From positions 78,740,001-78,804,000 of the forward strand of contig NC_043004.1 in NCBI RefSeq assembly GCF_006345805.1: a stretch of 64,000 nucleotides of DNA. The letters are read 5' to 3'. The stretch's first letter is position 1. Each line of letters opens with the position of its first letter. This DNA comes from Octopus sinensis. Lineage: Eukaryota. The position numbers and the translations under genes are program-made. The notes below the pieces were generated by a model, which was not told the DNA's origin, did no database searches, and saw only the letters and a list, made by a program, of their open reading frames with translations. Below are positions 1 to 12,568 of the stretch, piece by piece.

Positions 1-200
1 CAGGGAGATTCAGTGTGACAAAGAGTGTGACAAGGATGGCCCTTTGAAATACAGGTACTACTCATTTTTGCCACCTGAGTGGACTGGAGTGACGTGAAAT
101 AAAGTGTCTTGCTAAAGGACAGAACGCGTTGCTGGGAATTGAACTCACAACCTTACAACTGTGAGCCGAATGCCCTAACCACTAAGCCACACCCCTTCAC
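1..200 (-). mobile_element. tRNA-derived CORE-type SINE (family A), partial
   Basis: Reverse-complement A/B boxes plus the body CTTGAGCAAGACACTTTATTTCAC...CCACTCAGCTGGCAAAAATGAGT shared with other copies. Confidence 0.75.
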
Positions 201-212
201 AGTGAAAGCATA

Positions 213-520
213 TAGCTTAGTGGTTACAGTATTCATTTTGCAATCGTTAATGTTGTGAGTTCAATACCCAGCAGCGCATTGAGTTCTTGGGCAAGACACT
301 TGATTTCCCATTGCCCCAGTCCACTCAGCTGGCAAAAATGAGTAGTACCTGTAATTCAAGGGGCCAGCATTGTCACATTCCGTGTCATGCTGAATCATCC
401 TGATAACTAGTTAAGGATACATGTGTCTGTGGAGTACTCAGCCACTTGCATGTTAATGTCACAAACAAGCTGTTCTGTTGATCGGATCAACTGGAAACCT
501 TGTCATCGTAACCGACAGAG
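213..520 (+). mobile_element. tRNA-derived CORE-type SINE (family A)
   Basis: TAGCTTAGTGG A box, GAGTTCAATACC B box, CORE-like body; head-to-head with the copy at 1-200. Confidence 0.75.
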
Positions 521-818
521 TGCCAATGTGTTGTTTGTTTTACTGATTCATGTACCATCATCATCATCATCACATCCCTCCCATGTTGGCATGGGTTGGA
601 TGAGTCTCAACATCTCACCATTTGTCGTAGTCCATTATCAGGATCTTGCATAGACAACAGCAGAGAAATAAAATCAGTTGTTGTTATGGTTGCTCAGTCT
701 GCTAGAAATAGCAGCCAGATTCCTTCAAATCACACCCTACCATCTTTGTAAAGAAAATGGCTACATTAGAGAAAGTAGTCCTCGATAACTCTGAAAGGAC
801 AAGCATTTTTTGCCTTAA

Positions 819-1033
819 CCCTTTTGTTACCAATCCAACCATGACTACCCCTGGTTCTTTGATACAAGCTTCATATTTAAAGAGACATAATCTAAAACCT
901 TCCATCAAAATTTCTCATTAACTAACGTTCCAAACAATTAGCTTAATAACCACAGTTATTTAACTCAATACTCATTCTTCATTTTAGCTGAAAAGAGCAT
1001 TATATTTCTATAGAAATATGGTAACAAAAAGGG
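819..1033. mobile_element. piggyBac-type MITE
   Basis: TTAA|CCCTTTTGTTAC ... GTAACAAAAAGGG|TTAA. Confidence 0.8.
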
Positions 1034-1160
1034 TTAAAATTCCAGGAAGAATTTAATTATGAAACAACCTATGCCAGAAAAAAATGAAAAAACCTGTATT
1101 GCCAATCGGTTTCTCTTCACTAGCCATTTCCTGAATGGCTGCAAATTCTACCTTGTTGAG

Positions 1161-1378
1161 CCCTTTAGCCTTCAAACCGGCTGTATCTGGCCTAAATATT
1201 TTCCCTTTTTTATGTTCAAAGCTGCCAGATCTGGCCTCTTACACCTGCCTCTCCATGTCGTTCTCAAACTATCACATCATCGAAATCTCAAAGTCAGTTG
1301 ATAACACCCGATTAATTCCAAATGATGTGAATAAGTAAGCTTTTGTATTTGACAGTATAAACCTGAATGCCAAAAGGG
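1161..1378. mobile_element. piggyBac-type MITE, second family
   Basis: CCCTTTAGCCTTCA ... TGAATGCCAAAAGGG|TTAA; left TSD decayed. Confidence 0.6.
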
Positions 1379-2587
1379 TTAATGATAAAAACATAACACT
1401 GCACATCGGGCATGTTTAACAAGTGTCGCCATGTTAAAATAATGCATTTAAACCAAGAACAGAATAAAAGAGAATGCATTTCTTGAACATGGAGCTCCAC
1501 TGCTTGAGCATTCTTTGTCTTCACAAATAACATCTTGGCTAGCTACTTAGACTTCATTGAACCAACAAGGCATCCTCTATATGGTTGCTAAAGTATCTAA
1601 ATCTCCCTCGAATTACACCCTCCTCCTCCTCATCATCATTGTTTAACGTCCGCTTTCCATGCTAGCATGGGTTGGACGAATGACTGAGGGCTGGTGAACC
1701 AGATGGTTGCACCAGGCTCCAATCTTGATTTGGCAGAGTTTCTACAGCGGGATGCCCTTCCTAACGCCTTCCGAACTTCCTCCTGTCTTAAAAAAAAGGA
1801 CACCCTAGATAATGTATCATTTGGTACACTGTTCCTGAAAGTAAAACAAAATTGCAATGATCTCAATGTGTTTGATCATAGGTTTGCTCAGTCTGGGCTG
1901 CCTTGGGCTAAACAGCAACACCAACAGCCACATAGGATTTATAGACAACCTTTTGAAGTGTTGTCTGCATCAGTAAAACATTTTGGTCTTAGAAAACACT
2001 TCCCAAATATATATATATATATATATATAGTGATGGTGCCATGTAAAAAGCACCTAATACACTCTCTAAAGTTGTTGGCATTAGGAAGAGCAGAGAGCTG
2101 TAGAAACCAAGCCGAAACAGACTATGGGAGCTGGTGTGGCCGTTGGCCCCTTGCCAGTTCCTATCAAGCCATCCAACCATGACAGCATGAAAAACAGACG
2201 TTAAATGTTGATGGTCATGGTATGTAGGTTGAAAGAGAGAGAGAGAGCAATGTCCACAAGCATTACATGGCTGATCCTAAACAAAGCTTTATGTACTTTG
2301 ACTACCCCACTCCATTCCTGACCTAAGCAAAAGAGAGAAATCTTTTCAATTAAGTGACGGTTGGTTAATTGGTGCCAGTGGCATGGATGTGCAGGAGACA
2401 AGTTTGCCTGGCAACTATGGTATGTTGGGTTCGGTTCCAGGGAATGGGATGTTAGGCTTGTGTCTTTTACTGTAGGTTCCGCCGACCAATGTCCTGTAAG
2501 TGACTCAGCTGACTGAATGTTCAAAGTCACTGTCAACAACATTCTTGAATGAGAATAAATATATGTAAATGTGTATGTGTTTGTGTT

Positions 2588-2641
<54 letters not shown>

Positions 2642-3736
2642 ACATAAATAGATGTGAGTTTGTGTATATGTGTGTGTGTGTGTATATGTAAATGTGTGTT
2701 TATATATGTATGTATGTATGTGTATATATATATATATGTTTGTAGATTCTTTTATTTTGTTTCAGTCATTTGACTGCTGCCATGCTGGAGCACTGCCTTC
2801 AGTCAAGCAAATTGACCCCAGGACTTATTCTTTGTAAGCCTAGTACTTATTCTGTTGGTCATGTCGGTTTTCAAGTGATGTTGGTGGGGGTAGATGTGCA
2901 TATATTACATATGTAATTGTATATATTTATCTAAACGTATAATCTATATTTGTGCGTGTGTATATTTATACGTGTTTATGTGTGTAAGTATGTATCATAA
3001 TTTTGCAATTAGTAACATATGCTAATTGTTGTTGTTGTTGTTACGTAGATACTCTGCTGTACACCATCGTAAAGTACAACAGCTTACATTTTTAAGTCTT
3101 TAATTTTCTACATATGTAGTTTAGAGGAAGAAATTGCCTGCTTATCAGTAAATATTTGGTCTATACTTTTAAATGGTTTCCTTGGAAATTGGGTTAGAAT
3201 TTCAAGATTATTTACTTGTGCATATTTGCGTAATAGTTTTGACAAGTGCACAGAGTTTATTGCTTACCATTCCTCTAATAAAAACAACAGTGGTGTGTAT
3301 ATATGAAGTGGGTGTATAGGAGGTGTATAATGGAATATAAATACAGTGGAGTCGTCTCCTTTGTAAATTGATTGTAGACATGTGGTGTAAGAATGAACAA
3401 AGACATATTCTTTTTCTGGTTTCTGTTACTGGGTTCTGGCCATGCTGGTGTAGATTGTTGATCATATCAACTCTGGGAGTTGGGGGCTAAATAATATTGA
3501 GGTGTGTGGGATTTGAAATCAGAATGTAAAAGGATGTAATGAAGCACCACATATTTGGTTCAATGTGAACCATCATCTGAATCCATTATCCAATCACTGT
3601 GTATGTGTGTGTATGGGGGTGTGGGAGGATTGTTTAGCCCCAGGTCAAACCTGAATGTGTAGAGGTAGTTGATTAAAAACCAATTAGTTATTACCTGTAG
3701 ATGCATTGCTATTGTGAAGGACATCATCATCTTACC

Positions 3737-3968
3737 TATTTTTTTACTACCCACAAGGGCTAAACACAGAGGGGACAAACAAGGACAGACAAATGGATTA
3801 AGTCGATTCCATCGATCCCACTGCATAACTGATACTTATTTAATCGACCCCAAAAGGATGAAAGGCAAAGTCGACCTCGGCGGAATTTGAACTCAGAACG
3901 CAGTGGCGAACGAAATACCCCTAAGCAGTTCGCCCGGCATACTAACGTTTCTGCCAGCTCGCCACCTT
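3737..3968 (-). mobile_element. tRNA-derived SINE family C (Meta-domain-like)
   Basis: Reverse complement of GTTCTGAGTTCAAATTCCGCCGAGGTCGACTTTGCCTTTCATCCTTT.GGGGTCGA.TAAATAAGTA.CAG; the central domain resembles the MetaSINE/Sauria-type domain as recalled. Confidence 0.75.
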
Positions 3969-4802
3969 ACCATTATCATCTTACCATTGCTGTCTTGGTT
4001 ACCCCTTACACATGCCCTCTTCTTTGACCAGAGAATATTCCTCTTCTGTATTTGTGACCATCACTCCCCCTCCTCTCATCAGTTCACTCAATATTGATGT
4101 CCATCACATTCGTTTACCTCCAACCATGTTTACAATTATACATCACTCACTCTCCCTCTTGTCACTACATACGTTGCTTCCCTTAGTGTATCTCTCCCAT
4201 TACTTCCTGCTATCACTCTCCCTCTCTATCTCTCTCTCTCTCTCTCATTACCCTCTGTTATCTTTCTCTCTCCCTCATCCATTTCTCTTTCCTCTTCCAT
4301 ATTCTCATCACAATCACTCCGTTTCCTTCTTCATACTTATGTCCCTTTTTCTATTTCAACCTTATTTATCTTCTGCAATCTCCTTTCCTACTCTTGGGTC
4401 CCCAGTGCTCAGTGTTGTTACCAGGATGAACAATAGCAACAAAGAACAATGAAGAGATTGTCATGTCCTTGACAAGAAAAGAGTACTTTTTTTCAGAGTG
4501 TATTGGGTGTATTTTATTGTGGCACCAGCACTAGTGAGGTTGCCTTGTACCTCTTTTTTTGTGTGGTGCATGAGACAATGTTTATTTGGGACTGTAAAAT
4601 TAAAGGAGTAATCTGGGTTTTTTTCCTTTCATTGATACTCATCTGTTTCTCTGAGCTCTCAACCAGTTTCATTGAAATTTTTGTGTGTGTGTCATCATCA
4701 TCATCATTATTTAATGCTGGTGTTCTGTGCTAGCATGGATGGAACATATATATAAACCAATCTATTCAACTTTGTTTTTTTCCCTAATATCCATACATAG
4801 GT

Positions 4803-5146
4803 GCAGGCATGACTGTGTGGTAAGAAGTTTGCTTCCAACCACATGGTTCCAGGTTCAGTTCCTCTATAGCCCTGGGTCGACTAAAGCCTTGTGAGTGCAT
4901 TTGGTACTCGGAGACTGAAAGAAACCTGTTGTATATGTGTGTGTTTCTTTGTGTTTGTCCCCCACCACTGCTTGACAACCAGTGTCAGTTTGTTTATATT
5001 CCTGTCAGTGGTTTGGCATAGGGAACTGCCAGAATAATTAACAAGCTTTGAAAGGAAAAAAAGTCCTGGGGTTGATTCCTTTGACTAAAATTCTTCAAGG
5101 TGGTGCTCCAGCATGGCTGCAGTCCAATGACTGAAACAAATAAAAG
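4803..5146 (+). mobile_element. tRNA-derived SINE family B (internal TA/TG microsatellite)
   Basis: GTGTGGTAAGAAG...GGTTCCAGGTTCAGTCCC...GGATTTGGTAGACGGAAACTGAAAGAAGCC...GCTCCAGCATGGCCGCAGTC; more than 15 copies or fragments in the window. Confidence 0.8.
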
Positions 5147-5232
5147 GTACCCCCCCTCCCATACATCATCTTTATAAAATTTAAACTATCAGTAACCATA
5201 TCAGACGTAGTAGTCTTGGTCCAACACTTTAA

Positions 5233-5453
5233 CCCTTTTGGTACCAACCTGGCTGAAACCAGCTCTGGCTCTGAGTACAAATGTCTTGTTTTCATAAGTT
5301 TTGAATTAACATCTTCCACCAAACCTTTAGTCACAATTTATGTTCCTAACACTAGCTGAATGATAACTAAGTTATTTTACTAAATTCTTTGTTATATTTA
5401 AAGTAATTGAAAGAAACACAGAGCATCTCAACAGAAATACAGTAATGAAAGTG
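5233..5453. mobile_element. piggyBac-type MITE (~220 bp family)
   Basis: TTAA at both ends; internal sequence near-identical to the copies at 9054 and 9764. Confidence 0.8.
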
Positions 5454-7442
5454 TTAAATATGTCTCTCATAGTCATATAAAATCTATGAATCTTGGATTT
5501 GATTTTTTATTTTGTGACTGACAGCTGTAGCTGACCAGACTGCCAGAATAAGAATGTATAATAATAAATGGTGATGTCTTGCAGAGAGAGTTTCTTGTTT
5601 CTTTTATGTAACACTTCGTGATTATTAATGACAGTTTCTGGTGTTAAGTGTGGGAGAGGAACCCTGCTGTTTCTGATACACATATTTGATATTCACAGCA
5701 TAAACAGCTATGAATTTGCCTCCTCACATACAAACCTACTGAATTCTTTCTCTTATTAAAGGAGGAAGGCAGTAAGTTTTTACCCACATGTGGGATTTGG
5801 GAAAAGGTAGTGGCAAGGAGGTAACCTCTTTTACACTAGTTTTTGTCACAGGGGTTCAGTAGATATTACAGGGAGTCTTATGCAATAAGGGGTTAAGTTA
5901 TCTCTAGATGAATGGTTTAAAATTTTTATGCAAGGTCAGCAGTTTTAGGGGTATGGGTATGTCAGTTACATTGACCCCCAGTGTTCAACTGGTACTGTTT
6001 TATTGACACCCAAAAGAATGAAATCATCATCATCATTTAACGTCCGTTTTCCATGTAAAGTTGATTTCAGCAACATTTGAACTCATGGCTCAAGTTTCCT
6101 ATTAATCGACAGCCTACAATGCTTAAAGTTTTTTCTCCCCATATAATTTCTTTTATCATTATCACTCATCTCACTTGCTAAGTCACTCACCTTTCCTTTC
6201 CAGCTGGCGTGGCCATGTATGTACAGCAAGGTGCCTACCTCTGTCCCTCTATACCTTTAATCTCTCAACAGGAACAAAGCTACCCCACCTCAATACTACT
6301 CCCCATTCCCAGTTGAAGGGTTTTTGCTTTTTGTGTCTTGTAAGGTACTTGGTCACCCCATCAGTGATGGTGCCATGGGAAAAGTGCCACGTAAAAAGTA
6401 CCCAGTACACTGTAAAGTGGTTGGCATTAAGAAGGGCATAGAAACCCTGCCAGAACAGACAACTAGAGCCTGGCATGGCTCCTGGCTTTGCCAGCTCTTG
6501 TCAAACTGTCCAACCTGTATTAGCATGGAAAACAGATATTAAACAATGAGGATTTTAATCTTTTAGTTAAAGTGAAGGCGTACCCTATAACCTTTTATAG
6601 GGCCTGATATTTGTGGGAAGGTAGGGTGGAAACATTCCCAAACTGGAGAACTCAGTCTGCATGTTTTCAACAGATGGACTTTGCTAAAGGCACCTGAGGG
6701 AGCATGTTGTGAGTGGGTTAAGCCTATCACCCCTAAAACATTTGAATTGATATTGTATTCAGGGTTAGGGTGTTGGATATGATTTTAGAAATTTGGTTTT
6801 ATATACAATTATTTGATTCTCTACAGATTTTCTATAGAATTTAGAGCTAGCACCTAATGTTACGGTGTTTCATATACAAAGACGTCTATGTAAACAATAC
6901 AATCAAAGATAGAAAACTAGGCAATGGTTGTATATGCATATTTCAAGAGTTATTGCTCCTTCATCAGTGCCACTTCAAACCCTTAACCCTCCATGAATAC
7001 ATTTGCTTAAATACCCACTAAGTTAAGTGGTGTAACACTATTGGATAGATTACAAAATGAAATAGTGTCCCTACCAGCAATTATTTGCACAATTATATGC
7101 ACAATCAGCAATTATATGCGCAATTATTTGAATAACTTCATGGAAGGAATATACTGAGAGGGAGGGAGAGAGAGAGAGAGAGAAGTGTGTTTATCTCAGT
7201 CATTACAGTGTTTATAACTGACAGGAATTACTGTCATGCTGCTCTGTAGTTTATCATGGTGCTATAAAGTATGTCATGTATGTGAGAGTGAAATAGGATT
7301 TATATTTTGATGGAGAGATTGAAATTTGCATTGCTTATCCATCATCATCAACATGATCGTTATTTATCCATTTATCAATAAGCGTGACATTTTGGGTGGG
7401 GGGTAAGTCTTTTTTTTTTTTTTTGTATTTTGCTTGATTTAA

Positions 7443-8102
7443 CCCTTTAGCATTCTGATTACTCTATCAGATGTAATGCTCATTTGTTCACTGAATTAAT
7501 TATACATTATCTTGTAGCACTGAGATTTCAATAATGTGATTGTTTATTTTTAGAATGATGTTGTAGGATAGGTGTGAGAGGCTGGATCTGGCCAGTTTGA
7601 ACATAAAATGGGTGGAATATTTTGGCCATCATTCATCATCATCATTTAACGTCCGCTTTCCATGCTAGCATGGGTTGGACGATTTGACTGAGGTCTGGCG
7701 AACCAGACTCCAATCTGATCTGGCAGAGTTTCTACAGCTGGATGCCCTTCCTAACGCCAACCACTCCGAGAGTGTAGTGGGTGCTTTTCGTGCCACCGGC
7801 ATGAGGGCCAGTTTGGTGGTACTGGCAATGTCTACACCCTAATGGTACTTTTTACATGCCACCTGCACAGGAGCCAGTCCAGCAGCACTGGTGACGACCT
7901 TGCTCGAATATTTCACATGCCACCAGCACAAGTGCTAGTAAGGCAACGCGGTAACGATCACACTCAAATGGTGTGCTTAAGGTGCCATCGGCACAAAGGC
8001 CAGCTTGTTGCTCTGGCAACGATCTCACTCGTATGGTACTCTTAGCGCTCCACTTGCAACGAATGCCAGTCACCGAAATGGTTGGTTTAAATGCTTGAAG
8101 AG
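7443..8102. mobile_element. piggyBac-type MITE (second family) interrupted by an RTE-related retroposon at ~7627-8075
   Basis: TTAA|CCCTTTAGCATTC at the left end; decayed right end AAATGCTTGAAGAG|TTAA. Confidence 0.5.
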
Positions 8103-8367
8103 TTAAATATTTTTTCCTTTCCCCTGTCTTTGCTGCTATCCTGCTGCTCTCTCATACTTTCTTCTCCATCTCCCTACCTGCCCCATGTTACACACCATTG
8201 GCCACCCCCACCCTTTATCCATTCTTACCCAATCTTACAGTTGTTGTCCATCTTCCCTCACCCACTCTCCCATTTCTCCTTCCTCCATACACCTTTACAA
8301 CATCCACCCACCCACACTCCTGGTTCCTTTTTCCCCATTCACTTTCATTCAGTTATATCTTGAGGGT

Positions 8368-8409
<42 letters not shown>

Positions 8410-9053
8410 CTTCATCACTATTTCTACCTCTTCTTTGATCCATCCCAATTATCCCCTACCCTCTCTTCTAAAATAGGAGTTGTCATTCTTCTACAAGAAA
8501 TTGGTTCTGCTCTGCTGTGCTTTGGCCCTTTACCTCCCAACACAAAGCTACCCATTTCAGGCAAGCTGCACGGTGACCCCACTAGTGCTAATGCCACAAA
8601 AAAAGCAACCCCATACACTCTGTAAAGTGGTTGACATTAGGAAGGGCATCCATCTGTAAAAACCATGTTGCAGCAGAACATTGGCACTTGATGCAGTCCC
8701 TGGACCCATTAGATCCTGGCAAACCATCCAACTAAGGTCAGCAAGGAACATGGATGTTTAAATGATGGTGACAATATTCCTGATTTGTAGGTACGTGGTA
8801 TTTCGTTATGCAACCATAACATACCATAAAGTATATTAAATGTTTTTATAAGTCAACACCATCTTCTGCTGTGTTAGCAGTGCTCTTTACATTAATGAGT
8901 TGTAGGCATGTGGTATTTTGTTATGCAACCATAATATATTATAAAGTATATTAAATGTTTGGTAATTGTTCAGTTTAGGAATATTAAAAAAATAAATAAA
9001 AATTAAGGGGGAGATAACTAGTAAGCAGTATAAATAAGTCAGCTTACTGTTAA

Positions 9054-9274
9054 CCCTTTCGTTACCAACCCGGCTGAAACCGGCTCTGGCTCTGTAGTAC
9101 AAATGCCTTGTTTCCATAAGTTTTGAATTAAAATCTTCCACCAAACCTTAGTCACAATTTATGTTCCTAACACTAGCTGAGTGATAACTAAATTATTTTA
9201 CTAAATTCTTTGTTATATTTAAAGTAATTGAAAAAAACACAGAACATCTCAAAATAAATACAGTAACGAAAGGG
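9054..9274. mobile_element. piggyBac-type MITE, 221 bp
   Basis: Perfect 12-bp TIRs CCCTTTCGTTAC/GTAACGAAAGGG; TTAA TSD at 9050-9053 and 9275-9278. Confidence 0.9.
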
Positions 9275-9667
9275 TTAAACAACATAAATACTGGATATGA
9301 TTTATTTTGGAATTGATCAGAATGGCACATCAAAGACCAGCGGCACCGCAATTCAATGTTCCTGAAATTCAAATCATCATTTGTGACTCAATCTTGGAAT
9401 ATCACCCAGTTAACCGAATCATGAGACCAGATTGTTCAGTGGTTGGCATGGTATCAACTAATTATGAATTTATAGACTTTCAAAAATTGTAATCCACTAT
9501 GTTATCTTACTACAATATTAATGTTGATTAACATTAAGTTGACTTACTAGTTATCTCCCCCTTAATTTTTATTTACTTTTTTTTATATCCCTAAATTGAA
9601 CAAATCGGTGTGGGCTGTAATTTCTGTAGAAATAACCTTAACGAAATGATGATGACAAAGTCTCACC

Positions 9668-10086
9668 GGGCGAAATACTTAGCAGTATTTTGCTTGTCTC
9701 TATGTTCTGAGTTCAAATTCCTCCCAGGTCAACTTTGCCTTTCATCCTTTTGAGGTCAATTAACCCTTTTGTTACCAACCCGGCTAAAACCAGCTCTGGC
9801 TCTGAGTACAAATGTCTTGTTTACTTAAGTTTTGAATTAAAATCTTCCACCAAACCTTAGTCATGATTTATGTTCCTAACACTAAGCTTAATGATAACTA
9901 AGTTATTTTTTTACTAAATTCTTTGTTACATTTAAAATTAATTGAAAGAAACACAGAGCATCTCAACAGAAATACAGTAACAAAAGGGTTAAATAAGTGC
10001 CAGTTAAGCACTGGGGTCAATGTAATTGACTAGCAAATTTCAGGCCTTGTGCCTATAGCAGAAGCAATTATTATTATTATTATTAT
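9668..10086 (+). mobile_element. Family C SINE, split by a piggyBac MITE, with an (ATT)n tail
   Basis: The family C motif continues across 9764-9988. Confidence 0.8.
9764..9988. mobile_element. piggyBac-type MITE inserted inside a SINE
   Basis: Perfect TIRs CCCTTTTGTTAC/GTAACAAAAGGG with TTAA TSD; removing it restores the SINE motif GTCAATTAAATAAGT. Confidence 0.9.
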
Positions 10087-10620
10087 GTTTTTTCCTTCTT
10101 TCTTCAAATTTTTTCTGTTTCTCGCTGAGTGTTTTCCATACACCTAGGGCAGAGAAGGGCATTGTATGCATTCCCAGATTACACGCGCAAATTCACAGAT
10201 AAAATATGTATTTAAAAATTAATAAATAAATAAATTCATGGATGGATGTTATTTTCACAAAGATAGTGCTCTTCTCAGTACATGAGCTGTTCCAGTTAAT
10301 ATGATTTTTTGCACTTCCTGTAGGGATGGTAAGCCTGGTATCATTTTCAAATAGGTTTCAGTACCTTTTTTTATCATTCCTAGAGATCCTACAATCACTG
10401 GTACTGTAGTCGTCTTGAGATGCCACATTTTTTCAATTTCCATTAGCAGGTCTTTATATTTACTAATCTTGTCAAATTCTTTCGCCACTATATTGTGATC
10501 ACAGGGAATACTCATGTCAATTAATAAACACATCCTGTTTGTCTGATCTTTTATAATGATATCCGGTTTATTGGCTTTTATAGTCCTGTCGGTCTGCACG
10601 GGGAAGTCCCTCGACACATT
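10087..10620 (-). mobile_element. 5'-truncated R4/Dong-type non-LTR retrotransposon: C-terminal restriction-like endonuclease (RLE) domain plus 3' UTR
   Basis: Open 120-aa ORF 10617-10255 with KPDIIIKD...LIDMSIP...K..KYKDL...PVIVGSLG (PD-D-K RLE pattern); flanked on both sides by (TTA)n. Confidence 0.85.
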
Positions 10621-10689
10621 TTTATTATTATTATTATTATTATTATCATCATTTGCATGACTTCAAATGTTGAGCCTCACAGAGGCAAT

Positions 10690-11400
10690 GGTGAAAGACC
10701 GAGATCTCTGGAGATATGCTGTAAATGCAAAGACCTGACAAATAAAGTGAGTTCATGGCTGTTTCCTGCACCAGTTTCACATAGCCCCAGCCCATCCAAA
10801 GTACCTTGGATTGCAGAATGACCTGCTGTGCTTGAGGAGACCTATGGAGTCAAGTACATCAACATCAAAATAAATATCGAATAGAAATGGTAGCTGTGAT
10901 ACCTGTGCTTGTAGTACATAAAAAGCACCATCCGAACGTGGCCGATGCCGGTGGCACAGGACCTGCTGTGCATGAGGAGACCTATTCAGTCAAGTACATC
11001 AACATCAAAATAAATATCAAATGGAAATTGTAGTTGTGATATCAACATCAAAATAAATATTAAATGGAAATTGTAGTTGCGATACCTGTGCCGGTGGCAC
11101 ATAAAAAGCACCATCCAAACGTGGTCGATGCCAGCGCTTCTGTGCCAGTGGCATGTAAAAAGCACCAATCGATTGTGGCCACTGCCAGCCTCCCCCGGCA
11201 TCTGTGCCGGTGGCACGTAAAAAGCACCCACTACATTCACAGAGTGTTTGGCGTTAGGAAGGGCATCCAGCTGTAGAAACACAGCCAGATCAGACTGGAG
11301 CCTGGTGCAGCCTCCTGGCTTCCCAGACCCCAGTTGAACCGTCCAACCCGTGCTAGCACAGAAAATGGACGTTAAACGATGATTATTATTATTATTATTA
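10690..11400 (+). mobile_element. RTE-related non-autonomous retroposon (family D) with internal tandem subrepeats and a (GAT/TAT)n tail
   Basis: GTGCCGGTGGCACGTAAAAAGCACC repeats, GGCGTTAGGAAGGGCATCCAGCTGTAGAAAC, CCAACCC.TGCTAGCA..GAAA..GGACGTTAAACGATGAT; more than 20 copies or fragments (e.g. 6290-6550, 8560-8770, 24150-24470, 30690-30862, 44778-45071, 53790-54140 on +; 1620-1775, 7627-8075, 22815-23010, 29357-29520, 35195-35400 on -). Confidence 0.7.
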
Positions 11401-11403
11401 TTG

Positions 11404-11634
11404 TTAAGGCAGAATCATTAGCACGCTGGTTGAAATGCTTATCGGTATTTTGCCCGTATCTACGTTCTGAGTTCAAATTCCACTAAGGTCAACTTTGCCT
11501 ATCATCGTTTTGGGCTCAGTAGATTAAATACCAGTGAAACACTGGGGTCAATGTAATTGACTAGTCCCCTCCCCACAAATTTGAGGCCTTGTGCATCCAG
11601 TAGAACAGATTATTATTATTATCATTATTATTAT
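11404..11634 (+). mobile_element. Family C SINE with an (ATT)n tail
   Basis: Full pattern. Confidence 0.8.
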
Positions 11635-12164
11635 TAGTGATTGTTCAGCTTAATGCTATTTTGGTGAAAGTGTTACAACCAATATTTAAGTTGTCTTTAC
11701 TTGACTGGGAAAGAGAGATATTTTGGATTGTATGTGTATTATAGTAATCCTCTTTTAATGATAGTTTAGATTTCATAAATGGCTTATCCTAGTTCACATT
11801 ACTTTTGTAAACAAAGCATTTTTTAAATGCTTTCGAAACACCTTATTGGGTCTCTGCTTTGTGAATACTTAATGTGTGTCTCCTAATGCAACCACTTACC
11901 ATTAAGAAGCAGAATTGGTGATTATTCAGAGTTGATGTTTTATTGGTTCCTTCTTGTATGCATTTTGGTTGGCACTAGAAACTCATTTCTGCAATAAATG
12001 CAGATGTGGCTCCATTGTTAACAAGCTTGCTTCCTATCTACAAGATTTTAAGTTCCGTCCCTTTGCCTGGCTCCTTGGGCAGCAAATGTTTTCTTCTGTA
12101 TCCTTGAGTTGATTTGCAAAGCCTTGTGAGTTGATTTTACACACAAAAACTGAAAGAAGCCGAT

Positions 12165-12360
12165 CATGTGTGTGTGTGGAGGTGTATGCATGTATGTATG
12201 TATGTATGTATATGTATGTATGTATGTGTGTGTATGTATGTATATATGTATATGTATGTATATATGTATATGTATGTATATATATATATATATATGTATG
12301 TATATGTATATATATATGTATGTATATGTATGTATATGTATATATATATGTATGTATATG

Positions 12361-12393
<33 letters not shown>

Positions 12394-12410
12394 GTATGTA
12401 TATGTATATG

Positions 12411-12443
<33 letters not shown>

Positions 12444-12474
12444 GTATGTATATGTATATATATGTATGTATATG

Positions 12475-12510
<36 letters not shown>

Positions 12511-12568
12511 TGTATGTATGTATGTATGTATATGTATGTATGTATGTATATATGTATATATATATGTA
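12165..12568. repeat. Compound (TG)/(TATG)/(TA) microsatellite
   Basis: Seen directly in the sequence. Confidence 0.95.

Noticed and set aside
8788-8961. ~60-bp direct duplication at 114-bp spacing
   Set aside because: A simple local duplication with no TIR, TSD or structure to suggest function
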